From NCBI GenBank assembly GCA_977030845.1, contig OZ365116.1, forward strand, positions 16,616,001-16,680,000: DNA of 64,000 bases. Reading direction: 5' to 3'. The DNA comes from Fimbriosthenelais zetlandica. Lineage: Eukaryota. Below, piece by piece: positions 41,101 to 55,280 of the stretch. How positions within the stretch are numbered: position 1 is the stretch's first letter; every line of letters begins with the position of its first letter. Below the pieces are notes generated by a model that saw nothing but the letters and a program-made list of their open reading frames with translations, was not told where the DNA came from and searched no databases. The position numbers were made by a program, and so were the translations under genes.

Positions 41101-44100
41101 TATTGGAGGCGCATATTGAAATAGACTAAATCAAACCAAGAATTGTTTTCCTGCATCCAAAGCCTCAGGAAACAAAGTTATAGTTTTTAACCATGGCTAA
41201 CTTTGGGCATGTTTCTCATATTATCTAAGGATGAAGCCTTCCTCACCACACGGCAGCCTCAGATATGAACCCTGTCCACTGCGTGTATGGCCCTGGGTGT
41301 GTGAACTGCCCCAGGCCTCCACTTTCAACCTCCCTCCTTCAAATCTCCTTCCTTTAGATTCAGAGCAGGAGTGGGTGTCCTTTCAGAAGGGTGAAGGATG
41401 TCACAGGGCAAACGTTGTTAGCATATCACTGGACGAACACATCTCCCCTCTCCCCGACACGTCCTCACTGTGTTCTCAATGCATACTGCCTCCTCCTTAC
41501 ATTTAAACTTCAGGTCTTAAGGGCTTCAAGAAGACCAGAGGCAGGGTCGTGAAGCCTAAATTTGTTAAGCTTCTCAACTCCTAAATCTGAATTGCTATCA
41601 GATCTAAATAGCAACCCTGCAGGGCTGGTCAGAGTAACACTGGTTTAAAGTAAGTTTCATTGAGAGTTCCCTCTGGGATAATATAGTATGGAGCAATAGC
41701 CCTGAGATCCATTACAAAGCCAGCAGTACACTATTTCTAGCACATGCCCATTACAGACATCTAAGAAGCGTCCTTCCTGGATGTAAATCTGTTAATTGTC
41801 GTCTTAGACTGTGGGACTGGGCAGCAGGGCAGCCAGTTGTCCCTTCCTGCCAACATGAAAGCGATTTATAATGAAAGGCGTCCTTCTCATTACCAACTCC
41901 CTCTAACGGCTGGTAAAAAAGCGGCAATGTTGGGCGGAAGTGGTGTCTACTCGAGGCGCAGTCAGGCAGAACAAGGCTGCACACAAAACACGCCCTCCAT
42001 GGACGAGCAATGTGCAAGAAGGAAAATGAATACACACATGAGCTTCTCAGACGCTCCTAGAAAGGCAAGAGAAATCCTTAAACTCCAGCTCCACCCAATT
42101 CTTGATGGCAGTGTAAGGACATGCCGAAAAATGCCCGAGTCAGTATTATAAATGGGGGATGGTAGCCTTGTGTAAGAGTTCTGGGGGCATTCCAGCCTTC
42201 CAGGATGAGAGAAGTATAACAAGACTGCTGCCACCCGCTCAACAGTAGAACAGAATCATCCTCCTCACAGGAAGAAAAAAATTAGACATTCAGGAGACAG
42301 GCCAGAGGGGCCCTCAGAGGCACAGAGAGTGCTTTTACAAGTCTATTACCCGCCCCAAGGAAGGCCTCAATCACCTATAGACAAGACACTTACCAACTTT
42401 TTTCTTCTCTTCACTTTGTTTTTACTGAAGAACTAGTGCCAAGTGTTCGGCAGTAATAAATTTTCCACTGTATTATGTTTGTGATTCGCTGATGCCATTC
42501 CTCGGATCGGTTACGTTTTTATATCTGGTTTGGACCTTGGTCCACTGAGATTTCAAGGCAAGAGAAATAGGACGATTTCCTCAGACATATTAAAAAACCA
42601 TTGGAGTATTTTTACAGCAAAGTCACTAAGCAGAGGTGATCTCTAAGCTCATGCCTTTAAGTCGTCAGTGGATCAGGCCTATGTGAAGACATGTCGCAAC
42701 AGTGGAAACACATTAAATATTTTTCTAGTCATTTCCCTCATCGATTTGGTCTGTTGATGAGGGTGACAATGTTTACCTACTTATTTCCATCCCATGTAAT
42801 TGAACTCCTAATAAAACTGCTCTGGGTTTGTCAACAAACGCTGATAACTCTTGTCAACGTAACCATGTTTTTATTGCAGACAGTGCCCGCGCCATCATTT
42901 TATTAATGGTTTCTCCTTTTCTTCCCTTTCTTTTTTCTATTTTTGAAAAAAAAATCAAAAACAGCGCCTGAACTATGCGTAGCTTTTGAAAGTACATACC
43001 ACATTGACAGAGGTAAAGAATGGAAATAATTAGAGATTTCTGTGTCTAGGTTTTATATGTACAGACTAATAATAAATAATGAAAAATAATATCAAACTTG
43101 TACTAATATTAATATAATAGATATCATAACACGTGAAATTAACATGTCATACACATCATAACACATCATAACACACATTAATATCGCGTTTAACATGGTG
43201 AACCTGATAGCAGCCCGTTAAAGCATGGTGTGAAAATGAATCCAACCCAAACACAAATACCAATACCTGATCACAATCACAAACCCATTCCCCACTTCAA
43301 AATCCATTCCTGATATTCATGTAATATTATCTAGAAACTATTCTATAGTAGAAAATGTTGTAATCGTTAGAATGTTCCCACAATTTATCTACTGGCCCTA
43401 TATATATGCAAATTAAATTATTTTGAATACAACAGGGGTGGGTGCTGTCACTGACTGTGATATGTAGGGGTTAGCCTGGGATTAGCCCTTCTTCTCAGAT
43501 TATTGATCGTCCCATAGAGATTAGGCCGATCTAGGATTAGTTTCAAGTCACATGGTCGGAAAAATCCTAGTCTGAGGTCAGACGGCCAGATAATTAACAC
43601 ACTGATGGTAAATTTTAGTCAAAAATAAGAAGATTTTACCACTAGATCTGTAGCCAATGATGGCTTAGAATTGTATGTATCTCAAGGGTAGGCTCGGTGA
43701 AAAATGTGCTATTTATCTTTTTGGCCTATGGGTTGACAGGCCTATAGCAAGAAGAAAGGATAATGATGGATATCTTCCTTAGCGACACAAAAACTGACAG
43801 ACGTGGGACATGCTGAGGTTTTCTTCAGCAAAGCATTATGAATGTTCCCACTGGAATATAGAAAAGATTGGTCTCAGCCCCTGGGACTGTTGTTGGGGTG
43901 GGAGATGGGAGGGAGGGTGTGCAGTATAATTAATGAGGCCTTATTTCTCATTGCAAATCCATTTTTCACTCAGAGTCTATTACCCAAGCTCAATCTGCGA
44001 TCATGAATAATATCATCATGGGTCCTCAATTCATACATTCTAATATTTATTATAGATAATCTGATATTGATATTCTTGTTAGAACTTCTTTGCAATGGTG

Positions 44101-47053
44101 TGAAGCACTGAATGTTAAATAACATGTGGCCTGCATGCAAAAGCAGGTATTAGTATCACACATTGGGAACTTATAAGTGGGAGTGTGATATGCTTCATTA
44201 CGATGCAATTCGACAGATGAACACATTAGCATCAAGAGACAAAATCACGAGCTGTTTATCAGAGTGTGAGGGGGAATTGTTTAGGAGACATCTTGGAAGG
44301 TCATTCCATATGAGAACGCCGACGAATTATCACAACACAACCATCTCCAAAGCAATTACTTTTTTCTTCACAGTTCAGGCAGGCAGAATGAGAACACGGC
44401 CAGGTTAATTGACTCAGCTTATAGTATTTTTGTTTGATTTGTATACGGCCTGATTCTGGACCATCAGCTTACATGCTGAAGCCAGATTATAACTAAATTA
44501 TTTTAGGATGTAATCCCATCCTGTTCAGGCTCCTTGCTCGGATATCAATGCAGGAAAAAAACATTATCAGCTTATACAGGACGCGAATTTTAAAAGCTCA
44601 AGGTAGAAGATCAAGAAGCCCTCCATCTGGCATGCCTTTTTATATATTTGAAATTGAGAAAATATATCATATGTCGTCGTACATTCTATCATATAAATAC
44701 AGGCCTATATATTCCATGTGGGACCTGCCCCCATCACCCGCCTCCCCATCACATACTTCGTTATGAAGCATCTAAAGACAGGAAGCTGTGTAATCTTCTG
44801 TCGCTCTTCCCAGAATCCTCTGTTCTAGGATTATTCTGGAGCGATGTCCCTCGGTTCATTTCTGTCATGTCAGAGAAGCGACAGCCAATCAGGAAGGACT
44901 TTAATCATGTGCGGGACGCGTGGTTCCCCCAGGTGCAAATCGTCCATTAGCTGATATAAGGCAGGCTAGGCCTTCAATATGGCAATGGCAAAGACATTTT
45001 CCCAACTAATAAATAAGGCAATCACATCAATGATTCATAAATTTTGCCAACTGGAAGGAAATGAGTGCAAAGACAATTTGGAGCAGTGGACTAAATTAAG
45101 GAGTACAGTGGTGGGTTAGTCGGGGGTATTTCTGTGTGATAGCGTGTGTTAGAGGTGTGGGCAGATTTCAACTTATTGCTATGATTGTTATTGGAAGTGG
45201 CAGGAGATGACAGACTAATGGGGTGATGGGGATGGGGATGGTAGGAGAAGGGAAGGATGCTGATGACAGTTATAGGCTAATGTGGATCTTCTGGGGCCTG
45301 TGCCACAAGAAAAAAGCCAAGTTAACGACTTCAGCCACTTTTTGAGGTTGTCCCTTAACCTTCCTTACAGTTTTTGAAATACAATTTAAAAATAATTGTT
45401 GTCAGAGATACTTGCAACAAAACTTGAGACAAAAATACACTCAAGTTCCACTCGATTTCAGTCCAACATCTCATGGATAATCGTCAGTGTGACTAAGACA
45501 AATTGGTGAGAACATTTTTATGAATTGAGCCCCGATCTTGCTGCCACTACATCCAGTTATGGCAGTCAACAGTTGGAAAGCTTGATGGTGGGTGCCGCCA
45601 AGTTGGACTTAATGCTAGAAATCATCATCACAGATAGTTGATGTGGTACATCTGAGTGTCAGTAAATTGATGTTGAAAGGCAGGGGATGCATATAGGGAC
45701 TCTGAGATTCCCCCGAGAGGTTTAAATAAAACATACAAGGAGGATACAGTTCTTATAAATAAAAAGAACTTACAAAAGTAACGTCTTGACATTGATCTGT
45801 AAATCGATCGAGGAAGTGGGGACACTTTAAGTGATGGAAAAAATTAAGTCCAACAAAAGAACAGATTCATACCAGAGATAGGCCGAGGCAATATCACCTG
45901 TCCATAAATATCAGGTGCAATTATGGTAACTAATATTTTCACATGGAAAGAGCTCCCATGTACAGAACGAGAACAAAATTGGACAACACAGCGAAGTCAA
46001 ATCATTGATTGACATTTTTGTTGAACCAATCAATTATAACTGACAGAATAAATTACATGCTCAATCTAATACTACATTAGGAGGATTCACAGACTGATTG
46101 CAACCCTCCCTCTTGTCATTAAGTAATAGAAAATTAATTGATTTTTGTTTAGAATTGGTTCTGTCTGCAAATGAGATAATCACGCCTCACGTCGCTTTGA
46201 CCTATTCGCTAGCAGACAGCCTAGCCTCTCTGGTCACCACACTTTAAACATTTTCTCTGCTGCTGCTAAACTTTCACAAACCTGTTGAATCGTGAGTGAA
46301 AAGTTCAATAGTTTCGGGCTAACTTAACTAATACTGGATAGGTCGGTGACCTGGCTTCGTGAGGAAAGGCGGATCAGAATCTGGCTTAAGGCAATGAGAG
46401 GGTTTTTTGTTATATGGACACTGGTAGCCATGTTTAATTGGGAAAGGCCTGCCAATAAAGGGTTAATGAAGATAAGGGGAGATGGTATAACAAGTAGAGG
46501 CTGTGGAGACTGTAGTGGGTGCTGATACTGCTGGCTGGTGTTGACTGATTTTATCCCCTGTCAGGCCAACATGACGGCTTACCACATCAACATCATCCAC
46601 TCTACCCCTCCTCCACCACACTCAACATCCCAGTCAACATGACTCGCATGCCAACATCCACCTATACACTCTACATACTGGGTTCTCTTGTACCGCACCC
46701 TACCTATAGACCAATCCCCTACCATTGATGGGCCGGAATCGGTATCTACCTATTCTTGGCTAACAAATTCATGGCCTGGCCCATTTGGTTAGAGCAATGG
46801 CTCACCACACAAAGGTTGAGGTTGAGGAGAACCCAGGTGGTGGAGAACACACCTCGCACACAGGAGGACAAAATAGAGATGGAGCCATTCATGGGCATCA
46901 AATAGAGAATTATTATCCACGAGCCGACAACAGCAGGACACAGGCCGCTCGTGAATAAACTTATCCTAACACTCGCGCCAAAAAATGCAGAAGCTGTCAA
47001 CGCAACCCGAGTGCCACTAATTGATTGATTCAGCGCATGCAGGGCAATTAGAT

Positions 47054-47144
47054 CCGGGGAGTGTTTCATAAAAATTGACCGGTATAGGCCAGGGATAGGC
47101 TTACATACAAGCCGGGGTGGGTATGGTCTTTTGATATAGCCCCC
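47054..47144. mobile_element. Short MITE copy of the same TIR family
   Basis: Left CCGGGGAGTGTTTCATAAA, right TTTTGATATAGCCCCC (degenerate reverse complement). Confidence 0.45.
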
Positions 47145-49925
47145 TTTGTAGAGGTGTTTTTGCCTGTAATCAGACTGAAGCTCTTGTGCTTACTTTCTGG
47201 GGCTGTCAGGGCATTGAGGCTGGTCTCTATGGAGCGATGCTTGCATGCAATGAGTTAATATCACAAGTGATCACAACTTCTCCTCTACTTATAGTCCTCT
47301 CTACCTACCAACACCACTATTCCTTACTGATAGGACAAAAAAACATGTCCATATTCTCTCCAGGTGTTGAAGTATATTCCAAATCTTGAGTTTCACAGTG
47401 AATCGACATACATTTTAATCCCTTAATATAATAATGTTGATTTGTAAGGTGGAAAAGGCAATGGCTGAAAAGCCTATTAACTTACAAACTGCTCGTGGGG
47501 AGTAGGTTATATGTCATTTAGCAGCAGGGATTAGGGACGTGAGTAAACGTATAGCTCTGGGGGATGTTTCAATGGCAAGTCGTATCAATGGACATTACAT
47601 TAGGATAAATGCTATAGATTGAGATCTCAAGGGCAATAGAGAACCATGACCCCTAAAATAATGTCCTAAAAGGTACTCATATGAAGAGGTCCATCAAATG
47701 AAACATAAGTCCACATCTTCAAAAAAAGTGTTTAAGTCTTAAGGCTTTAATATTAAGACAAAGATTTTTTCTAAGTGGATCCCCAGGTTTGGTGTAACTA
47801 TTATGATTGGTTGCTATTCTGGGCCTGATCTAATACCAGGGAATCCCTGCAGTGTGAAATACTGGGTGAAGGATCAGCAACTACCCTTATTATCACTCAT
47901 TCCCATTAGGTCTCACGTCACAAATTAATCTCCACGTTTCGCAGGCACATTTACGTAGCTTTATAAATGGGGGGAGCGATGAGCTGAAATTCTTAATTAC
48001 GTAGCAAGAAATCATTACTTAATGAAGTGCGCATTCAGAGAGCCTGGGGCGATAACTCTATCCTTCTACAGGAGAGCCTGTCACTATTTTTATATGTGAT
48101 GTATGGAGAATTAGAATAACAGGTTAAACACGAAAATTATGTCTTATTTCTGGTCATAACTCTTGCCTTTCCCTTACAAGTTTTTAGCGTCAGAGCTGGG
48201 CATCAAATATACCTAGGCTCAGTGCAAACCCACAGCCTTCAAATGAGCTGACTCTCTACTCATACTAGTCATTCTCCATCATTTCCTTTCCCATCATGCA
48301 TTGCTGGAGGGGGCAGCCGGAAGGCAGTAGCCTCGTCCGATCTCAGGTGATAGTGCATGTAATTAGCAAGAACTTAGACCTGAGGTGATTCAGGGGCACT
48401 GAATGGCTGGAGATGCCTGGACCAAAAGGTCAGGAAGATGGGTGAATTATTGCCCGCTATCTATTGCCATCCCAGTACATGTCTACTGGCCATTTCCTCA
48501 CTATTTCCTGAACCTGGGTCACACCCCATCAGTGGCTGAGACTTGTACACATCGCCTCATGTCTTACTATCGTCATCTTCCTCCTCTCATTAGTGTTGTG
48601 GAATTTGGTCAGAGGTCATGATGTTTGAAAGCAGAAATAAGCCGCAATTAATCTTGGCAAGTGATTTTTCTCTCAACAGAATCTGCACTGACATTCTTCA
48701 ACCCAACTAAGCTAGGCTGTTAAAAAGGAAGCAGCTCACCAAAAAGCGTCATTTCATTGCTTTGGCAGTCAATAAATTAGTCCTTTATTACCACCATGTC
48801 ATGTCAAATTATACGCCCAAGGCACAGCTCATTGTTTTTCATTGTTTTTGCTAATATTAATTTTTATCACAATATAACATATAAATCATTGGCTCTCATT
48901 TGTCTTTCTGATCGGGTAGTTTTACCCGGCTGAGCTTTCCTACGTTATACATTATTCCAGGAAAAGCATGAACAATGATTGTCGACAGGTCGGCAATTAA
49001 TCATAACAATTTCTCTTTGTTTAAAATAAAAGACCAGGTTCCTGTGAATTGAAATGTGAAACGTGTTGACAAATGGTAATAAACTCAAGCACAATAGAGA
49101 AGAATGGCTTACCTTTTTCTTCAATCTTGTGTATTGATTTTTGGAATATGTAGCCGGCGCCATTAATGCAAGAATATATCTACATGTACATTTAATTTTC
49201 TGAAATACAATGGTTTTTAGGGGGATGTGTGGCATAAGACCTGAATGGTAGAGAGTAAAAATAACATGTCACTTACTGGTGAGACCCATGTAGATTCCGG
49301 GTAACCTCCATTCCGCATCGGCCCAGTCTCTATCCGGCTGTAATCGGCGCCGGGGGGCATCTCAGGACAGCCATTGGCAACAAATCCATCAATAGGCAAT
49401 CTGTAATAATACAGAGATACAGATACACGTTAGTCGTGCCGCCAGTATTGATGTGTGTACAAGAAAATAAATAGGACGAGGGGCCTTCAATTCTTACACA
49501 TGTCACTATAGACAAAATTAAAATGGATTTTTTTCTAGACTAGATGGTATACTCAGATATTCTTTAATTTCATTTTAAAGCTTTAAATTTAATGATTTTT
49601 TTAAAATTACTGGATGAAACATCGAGGCATTTCTGGTAGAGATAAGAGAGTGTGGGTATATGTAACGTCTGTGAAGGATTTTAAAGAGGCAGTCTGTTTA
49701 CTCCCTCCTTCCTCAGGTTATGTTGAATATGTGTTCAGGCAAAGAGCAAAAACAAAAAAAACAAAAAAAGAGGAAGGGTGTATTACCATGATTGAGTGTA
49801 GACTTGTAGGTGCTCTGTCTAGATGAATATCGAATGTTGGAGCGGGACGTTAGATGCAAACGCGGCCTTTATAGGATCTAAGCCTGGATAAAAGAGAAGG
49901 TTGATGTATCATGTTAGAGATTTAG

Positions 49926-50065
49926 ATGGGGGAGAGAAAGAGAGAGAGTAGTGAGAGAGGGATGGGGCGGAGTGGAGGAGAGGAGGAAAGTGATGAGCGA
50001 GAGAAAGGGAGAGGAAGTAAATGGAAAGAAGAGAGGTACAGGATAGATGAGGTCGAGGCAGGGGG
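49926..50065. repeat. Purine-rich (GA) low-complexity tract
   Basis: Degenerate (GA)n/(GGA)n sequence. Confidence 0.8.
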
Positions 50066-50613
50066 AGAACCTGTGTTTGAGAGCTTTTAGAAACCAGCCC
50101 CATTCTATGCACACTTGACCACCCCACACATCCATAAGCCACTGACCTCTCGCCACGTCCCCCTAGTGGTCAGTTGGTGAAATGGTGACCACCTCCTTGG
50201 ATCAATCCCTACTTCCGCTGACCCGTCAAAGTCGGTGACGTGGGCAGGTCAAGCCGACCACCTCCAGGGTCTAGAGGAAACGTGGTCATTGTCCCCCAAC
50301 CCGATACACAGATAATGTGGCTCTTGTTACAAACTTTACTTTTTCTCAATATACACCTCCCCGAATTAACTTATGTTGAGCCATACACATTTCCTTATAA
50401 ACAGACATACTGCATTATTTTATTGCAGTCATTTGACTTGCCTATACTCAATTGTATATATAGATTGGTAGATGTCCGGCGTTCAGAATAAGGGATCTGT
50501 TGTAGGGGTAGATCAATGGTAAAATGATGGATGAGTAGAGCACGTTTATCCCTCCATCCTGGGGTGGCCTTCCATCTCTACCCGCCATCAAACTGCCGAC
50601 CTTTGTCCACCAG

Positions 50614-50627
50614 CCTGCAGGTGGCGC
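50614..50627 (+). promoter_or_regulatory. CTCF-like motif
   Basis: CCTGCAGGTGGCGC, one mismatch to CCRSYAGRKGGCRS. Confidence 0.35.
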
Positions 50628-52355
50628 GCTCATCGCCTCCATTGACCAGCTCAGGCTAAAAAAGAGGAATAAAATGTTTCCACTTACTCTATATATGACC
50701 CCAATACTCTTCTTTTATTTCTCATGAAGTGAAAGTGTAATTATGATGTCATTGTATTAGAAAAGCAACTAAAAATAATGGGATGTTTTAATAATAAATG
50801 TTTTAATAATATCTTAATAATATCTTGATGTGTGGTCAGTAAAGTCTATGTTTTGGTCTTCAGAAGGTGCCGCGACATGGGAAAAGGGCATGAGCGGAAA
50901 TGTTTTGGCCTATGTATGGTGCAGTGAGGAGGAGAGGGGAGGATGTAGGCTGGTGTAAGATTGATTCAGGTTTGATCAGGTTTGGTTGGGAGGTGGAAGA
51001 ATGGAGCGGGTGAGAGAGAGAGCCGGGGAGAGCTGAGAGGGACATCCGTCTCCACCTGCCACACGGTGGGCAGCCAGAGGCTGTGTACAGCAGGGGAAAT
51101 AGACCATAGTCTGTATGTACAACTCCCTGTACACGACCACTGGTGATGGGTTAGAAACCTTCAAACAAATGAAGAAAGTCAAACATCTTACACAACCAAA
51201 GTAACCTTAGCTTACTGTCACTGAGTGTACTGACACTGCCACCTAATGAAATAATGGATGCATTAAAGATTCATCTCTCACAAAGGCAGCAGAAATTAGG
51301 TCAAAATGGCATTACTTTCAGGCCCTTTTCCTTCCCTAATTCATTTCCATTTCATAACCTGTAAGCCTTAATGAAATAAATCTCAAATAATATCGCTAAG
51401 AAATATTGTCGGAATTCACAATATTAATATACCTCGTTATATATACGAAGGGCCATGCATATAAATTGGTGAGGAAGTTGGGTATAATTCAGAATAATTA
51501 TGTAATATACGCCCCATAAATAACACCTGGCATGTGCTGTTCTGGATCAGACCAGTAGTATAGTCTATCCAATATTGATATTAATATTACACCACTAATA
51601 TTGACCAGTATAGAGCTGAATGATGTAATAAATTTGGTTTATAGGCCTAGACTAATTTAACACCAAAACCCTTCTAATTGCCCCAGGGAAATATCATGTA
51701 CATAGACTTCCTTATGGGGAGATTTTCTGTGTAGTCTTCCTGCCCAAGTTCAGTAGCAATCACTTAATTGGAAGCAAGGCGGTGACGTGGAATAACCGCG
51801 ATCTTGCACATCTCACAATCTTCACCAGCCACTCTCCATCTCTCCCAGCTTTTCACAAAAGGCAAAAAGCCTGGCTAAAACCTCCCAGCTTCTACCCTGG
51901 ATTTCATACAATCTTCTCAGCCTAGCTTCCATGAAATGCGATTCACTCAATACCTATTAGAGGGAGGCAAGTCAGGGATTCCCCTAATTTAAGAAATATG
52001 AACTGGCAGTCCAGGCGTTTCCATTAGTTTAGGTTCCTTCGCTAAATAGGAACATTTACACATTTAAGATTTATACCCACTGAATGTAAGATTCCTTACC
52101 TATATTTATCATTGCAATTTTAGGCACAGATAATTCTAAGAATATTCCACTTTTTGATAAAATAGGCCTATTATAATAGATATACAAGCTCTGGGGCAAG
52201 CACAGTATATTTCATTTTAATTTGAAAGTAAATATCCTAAGGCAACTGTTTTCTCGGAAATTCCATTTTAATCAGGATGTAGATCGATAAAAATGTTGAT
52301 AAAATAAGGACAATTAAAGACAGGGGTGAGGTGGGCCATCAGTCACATCTATTGA

Positions 52356-52449
52356 TAATCCATGGGGTAATGGGTGGTGTGGATTATCCCCTGATCCATC
52401 ATGACAAGATGGATTAGGCCAGCTACAGGATTTATCTACTCTGGGATTA
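52356..52449. promoter_or_regulatory. Homotypic cluster of four K50-homeodomain sites (TAATCC/GGATTA)
   Basis: TAATCC at 52356; GGATTA at 52381, 52411 and 52444. Confidence 0.45.
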
Positions 52450-55099
52450 ATTGAGGACTGGGGGACGGTGCAGGCCTTCCCACTGAGACTGAAATCTTTC
52501 TACCAGGTCATTACTTGTCATAGTGTGGGAGCAGAGGCCATACATTGACATGGTCGTTAGATCTACCAGGGTGTTTAAATTTACAACAAAAACAAGTGAA
52601 ATGGAGAAGCTATTTACCAGTTCATTAATGTAAAATTTAAACCCAGCTTGGTATATGTCGTTCTACCACAGGGATTTCATATTCATGTAGCTTTCATTCA
52701 TTTAGGTGGTGACATATTAGGTAGTCAGTGACACTGGTAGGCCCGGCCATATTTGCCTGGACATAAATCAAGCTTGTTGCTTGGTATTCGTTTGATGAAT
52801 AAAGCTGGGACACGTGGTCAGAATAGCTGAGGCTCGGCCACGATAAAGCCAAGCCGGCCATGACATGTAGCAGATAAAAGTTGATAAATCTTCCTACATG
52901 TAAAATTCATGGGGCAAGCAATCATTACAGAGAATGGGTGGTGTGAGGGTGGGTGGTGTGAGGGGCGGTGGGTGGTTGGTGGGTCAGGGTTAGGATATGG
53001 TGCACATGGTTCAGGGTGAACCAATACACCCCAAGCACACATCAACAATGCCACCCCCATATTTTATATTGTACAGTAGCATTAACCTTAATTTCCTTCC
53101 CACCACAGGGGGCAGTATTATTCTCTAAGCCACCCAGGTCTGAGATATTGGAGATAAGGTGTCCAAATTCACTAGAAAAATTAATGATATATTTATTCTG
53201 GCGTTATCTGGGGTATTACAGTTTCTAAAGTGTTTTCTACTATAAATTTCAATTTTTTAAACCTTATACCTCCAGACTATAGCCCTCTTTTGTCCTCCCC
53301 TGATTTTATAAAAGTTACACCTATGCTTTAATCCGTGTCCACATAATGGTACCCAGTGAGTGGTATAGGAAAATGGCACTTTTACTCTGGTTACGTTTTA
53401 CCACCAAAAAGCCCTGAGAAAAGCCAAATTGGATCCTAATCGCCAAAAACACATTTTTTCCTCCTGCCAAATTGAAGAAAGTGTCCCAGATGTTAGGCAT
53501 TACGTGCCACAATGCCATTGCCTTTACGATTTAAACAGAATTTAATTAAATAATCATGATTGTGCATCAAAGCGATATGATTGAATCACATTCAATTATT
53601 GTAAATTGAATCACTGGGCAATAAAAGGCTTTCTGAAATTCTGGGTGTAAGAGTTAGCTTCCGGGATGAAACAAAGTCGGGAGGGGACTTATTTCTGGTC
53701 ATTGTGCTGTGGTGGAATAAATTTCTCTAAGGACTCTTCAAGAATTCGTGTATTAGTTCCACTGAGTAAGGGTCGGGTTCCACTCACTAGATACTTCACC
53801 ACACAGTGAATAATATTATATTTTCCCCTCCAATTATTTTTATGCTAATATTTATCATTCGGCACCGTTCTCTTATCACCACCAGATTAAAAATAATAGG
53901 TTGTAAGCAATAGAATGAAGTTACATTGAATGTTATATCCGATGAAAATTTGGTTTGTGTGTGTAGGCCTTAGTAGGACACAACACAGGGCACTTATAGA
54001 GACCTGCAGTATTTATAAGATGGGAGATGGTTCCTTCCACCTGATTGGTATATGCCAACATTAGGGCTCGGTGGACCTATTGTGCAGGGTGGAATTATCA
54101 GGGACCTCCTTCCTCCTGGGTTTTAGACACAACCTTCATGGTAGATCACAGCAAATAGGACATCAATGGAGGGGAGAATATGGGTCAGGCAGTGGGGGAG
54201 GGGGGTGGGTGGGTGGGTGACAGGTGCAGGTCAATGGTCCAAGTCCCATTGGATCTTTTCCAGGCTGTATTCACTGCCATCTTCCCACAAATTTGATATA
54301 ATGTGCTTATTGTACATGTGAGAAATGCCAAGTGTACCGAAGACAACCTACAAATGTCATGAATCAAATGAATCCTTCTTTTTCTCTCAATGGATTAAAA
54401 GGATTATATCTTGAAGGATATCTTAAATATTTGCAGGTCCATTAAGGGGAAAAACTGTGAAACTAATGCAGATTCAATAAACAATGAACTTACCACAAAA
54501 ATTAAAGCTCCATGAACATCAGCTGCTTGATACCATTCTGAAAGAGAAAGGCACAGATATAGTATACATAGTGATCAAACCCATAGGATTATCTATGAAC
54601 TGCATAAATGAATGAATGCATAATTCGTTTATTACACCTCCAATGATACATTCAATAAATATACATGTACATGTACAAATAACCTTATATTATATACAGT
54701 AGTTCACTACCAAAACATATGAACACATTTATTACATATAATATTAATAATACATATACCTAGAAAATAACATTTAAGAATCTTCACATAAAGTATATAT
54801 GATAAACTGAGACATTTCACTATGAAAACAATTTAATCATGATAATTGAAATTTATATTATATTTAGAACAAATTCGTTCAATTTTCATCAATATCTACT
54901 TATTTTCTGGATAAAACATCTTGCAAATATACAGTTAATTGTCTTGTATGGGAAAATAAAATATATTGCATAGTCAGGCCTGTTATGAACAATTCTAGCT
55001 CCGGGAATTTGACGGTAGGTAACTAAAAAAATGTCACGAATCTTGCTCTAATTCGTCCCAACATTTAAAAGTAATTTTTGTGATTTTTTTGTTTTTCAG

Positions 55100-55280
55100 C
55101 ATGTGAATGTGTGGTGTACCAAAGTTATGGTCGGTCGAAAGGCACCTTCACCTCCCCCAACTTCCCTGAAGTCTACCCCTCCAACATCAACTGCATCCTT
55201 TACACTTTTATTGGGGACCTGGATGAAATCGTGGAGCTGACATTTCTAGAGTTCGACCTCAAGGTCCCCATTACCAACAA
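55100..55280 (+). CDS. sol-1: Coding exon: N-terminal half of CUB domain 1, SOL-1-like
   Basis: Acceptor ttttttgtttttcAG, donor AA|GTAAGT. Translates (A)CECVVYQSYGRSKGTFTSPNFPEVYPSNINCILYTFIGDLDEIVELTFLEFDLKVPITN(K). It contains the CUB hallmarks G-x-F-x-S-P-N-F-P-x-x-Y, the second Cys, and L-x-F-x-x-F-D-L. The C-x-C start and C-I-L-Y-T-F motif match invertebrate SOL-1-like proteins as I recall them. CUB identity is near-certain; orthology needs BLAST. It is not in the ORF track because it has no start codon. Confidence 0.93.

Larger units (their letters stand above)
24459..55099 (+). other. Intron (30,641 nt, phase 1) of the SOL-1-like gene
   Basis: GT...AG bounded and joins the signal-peptide exon to the CUB1 exon in frame. 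Additional small exons inside it cannot be excluded. Confidence 0.75.

Noticed and set aside
51216-51242. 27-nt antisense exon candidate (GGSVSTLSD); similar ones at about 1806-1900 and about 52100-52135
   Set aside because: They cannot be chained in phase with other antisense candidates, and some have stops in all frames, showing that such splice-flanked segments arise by chance here.
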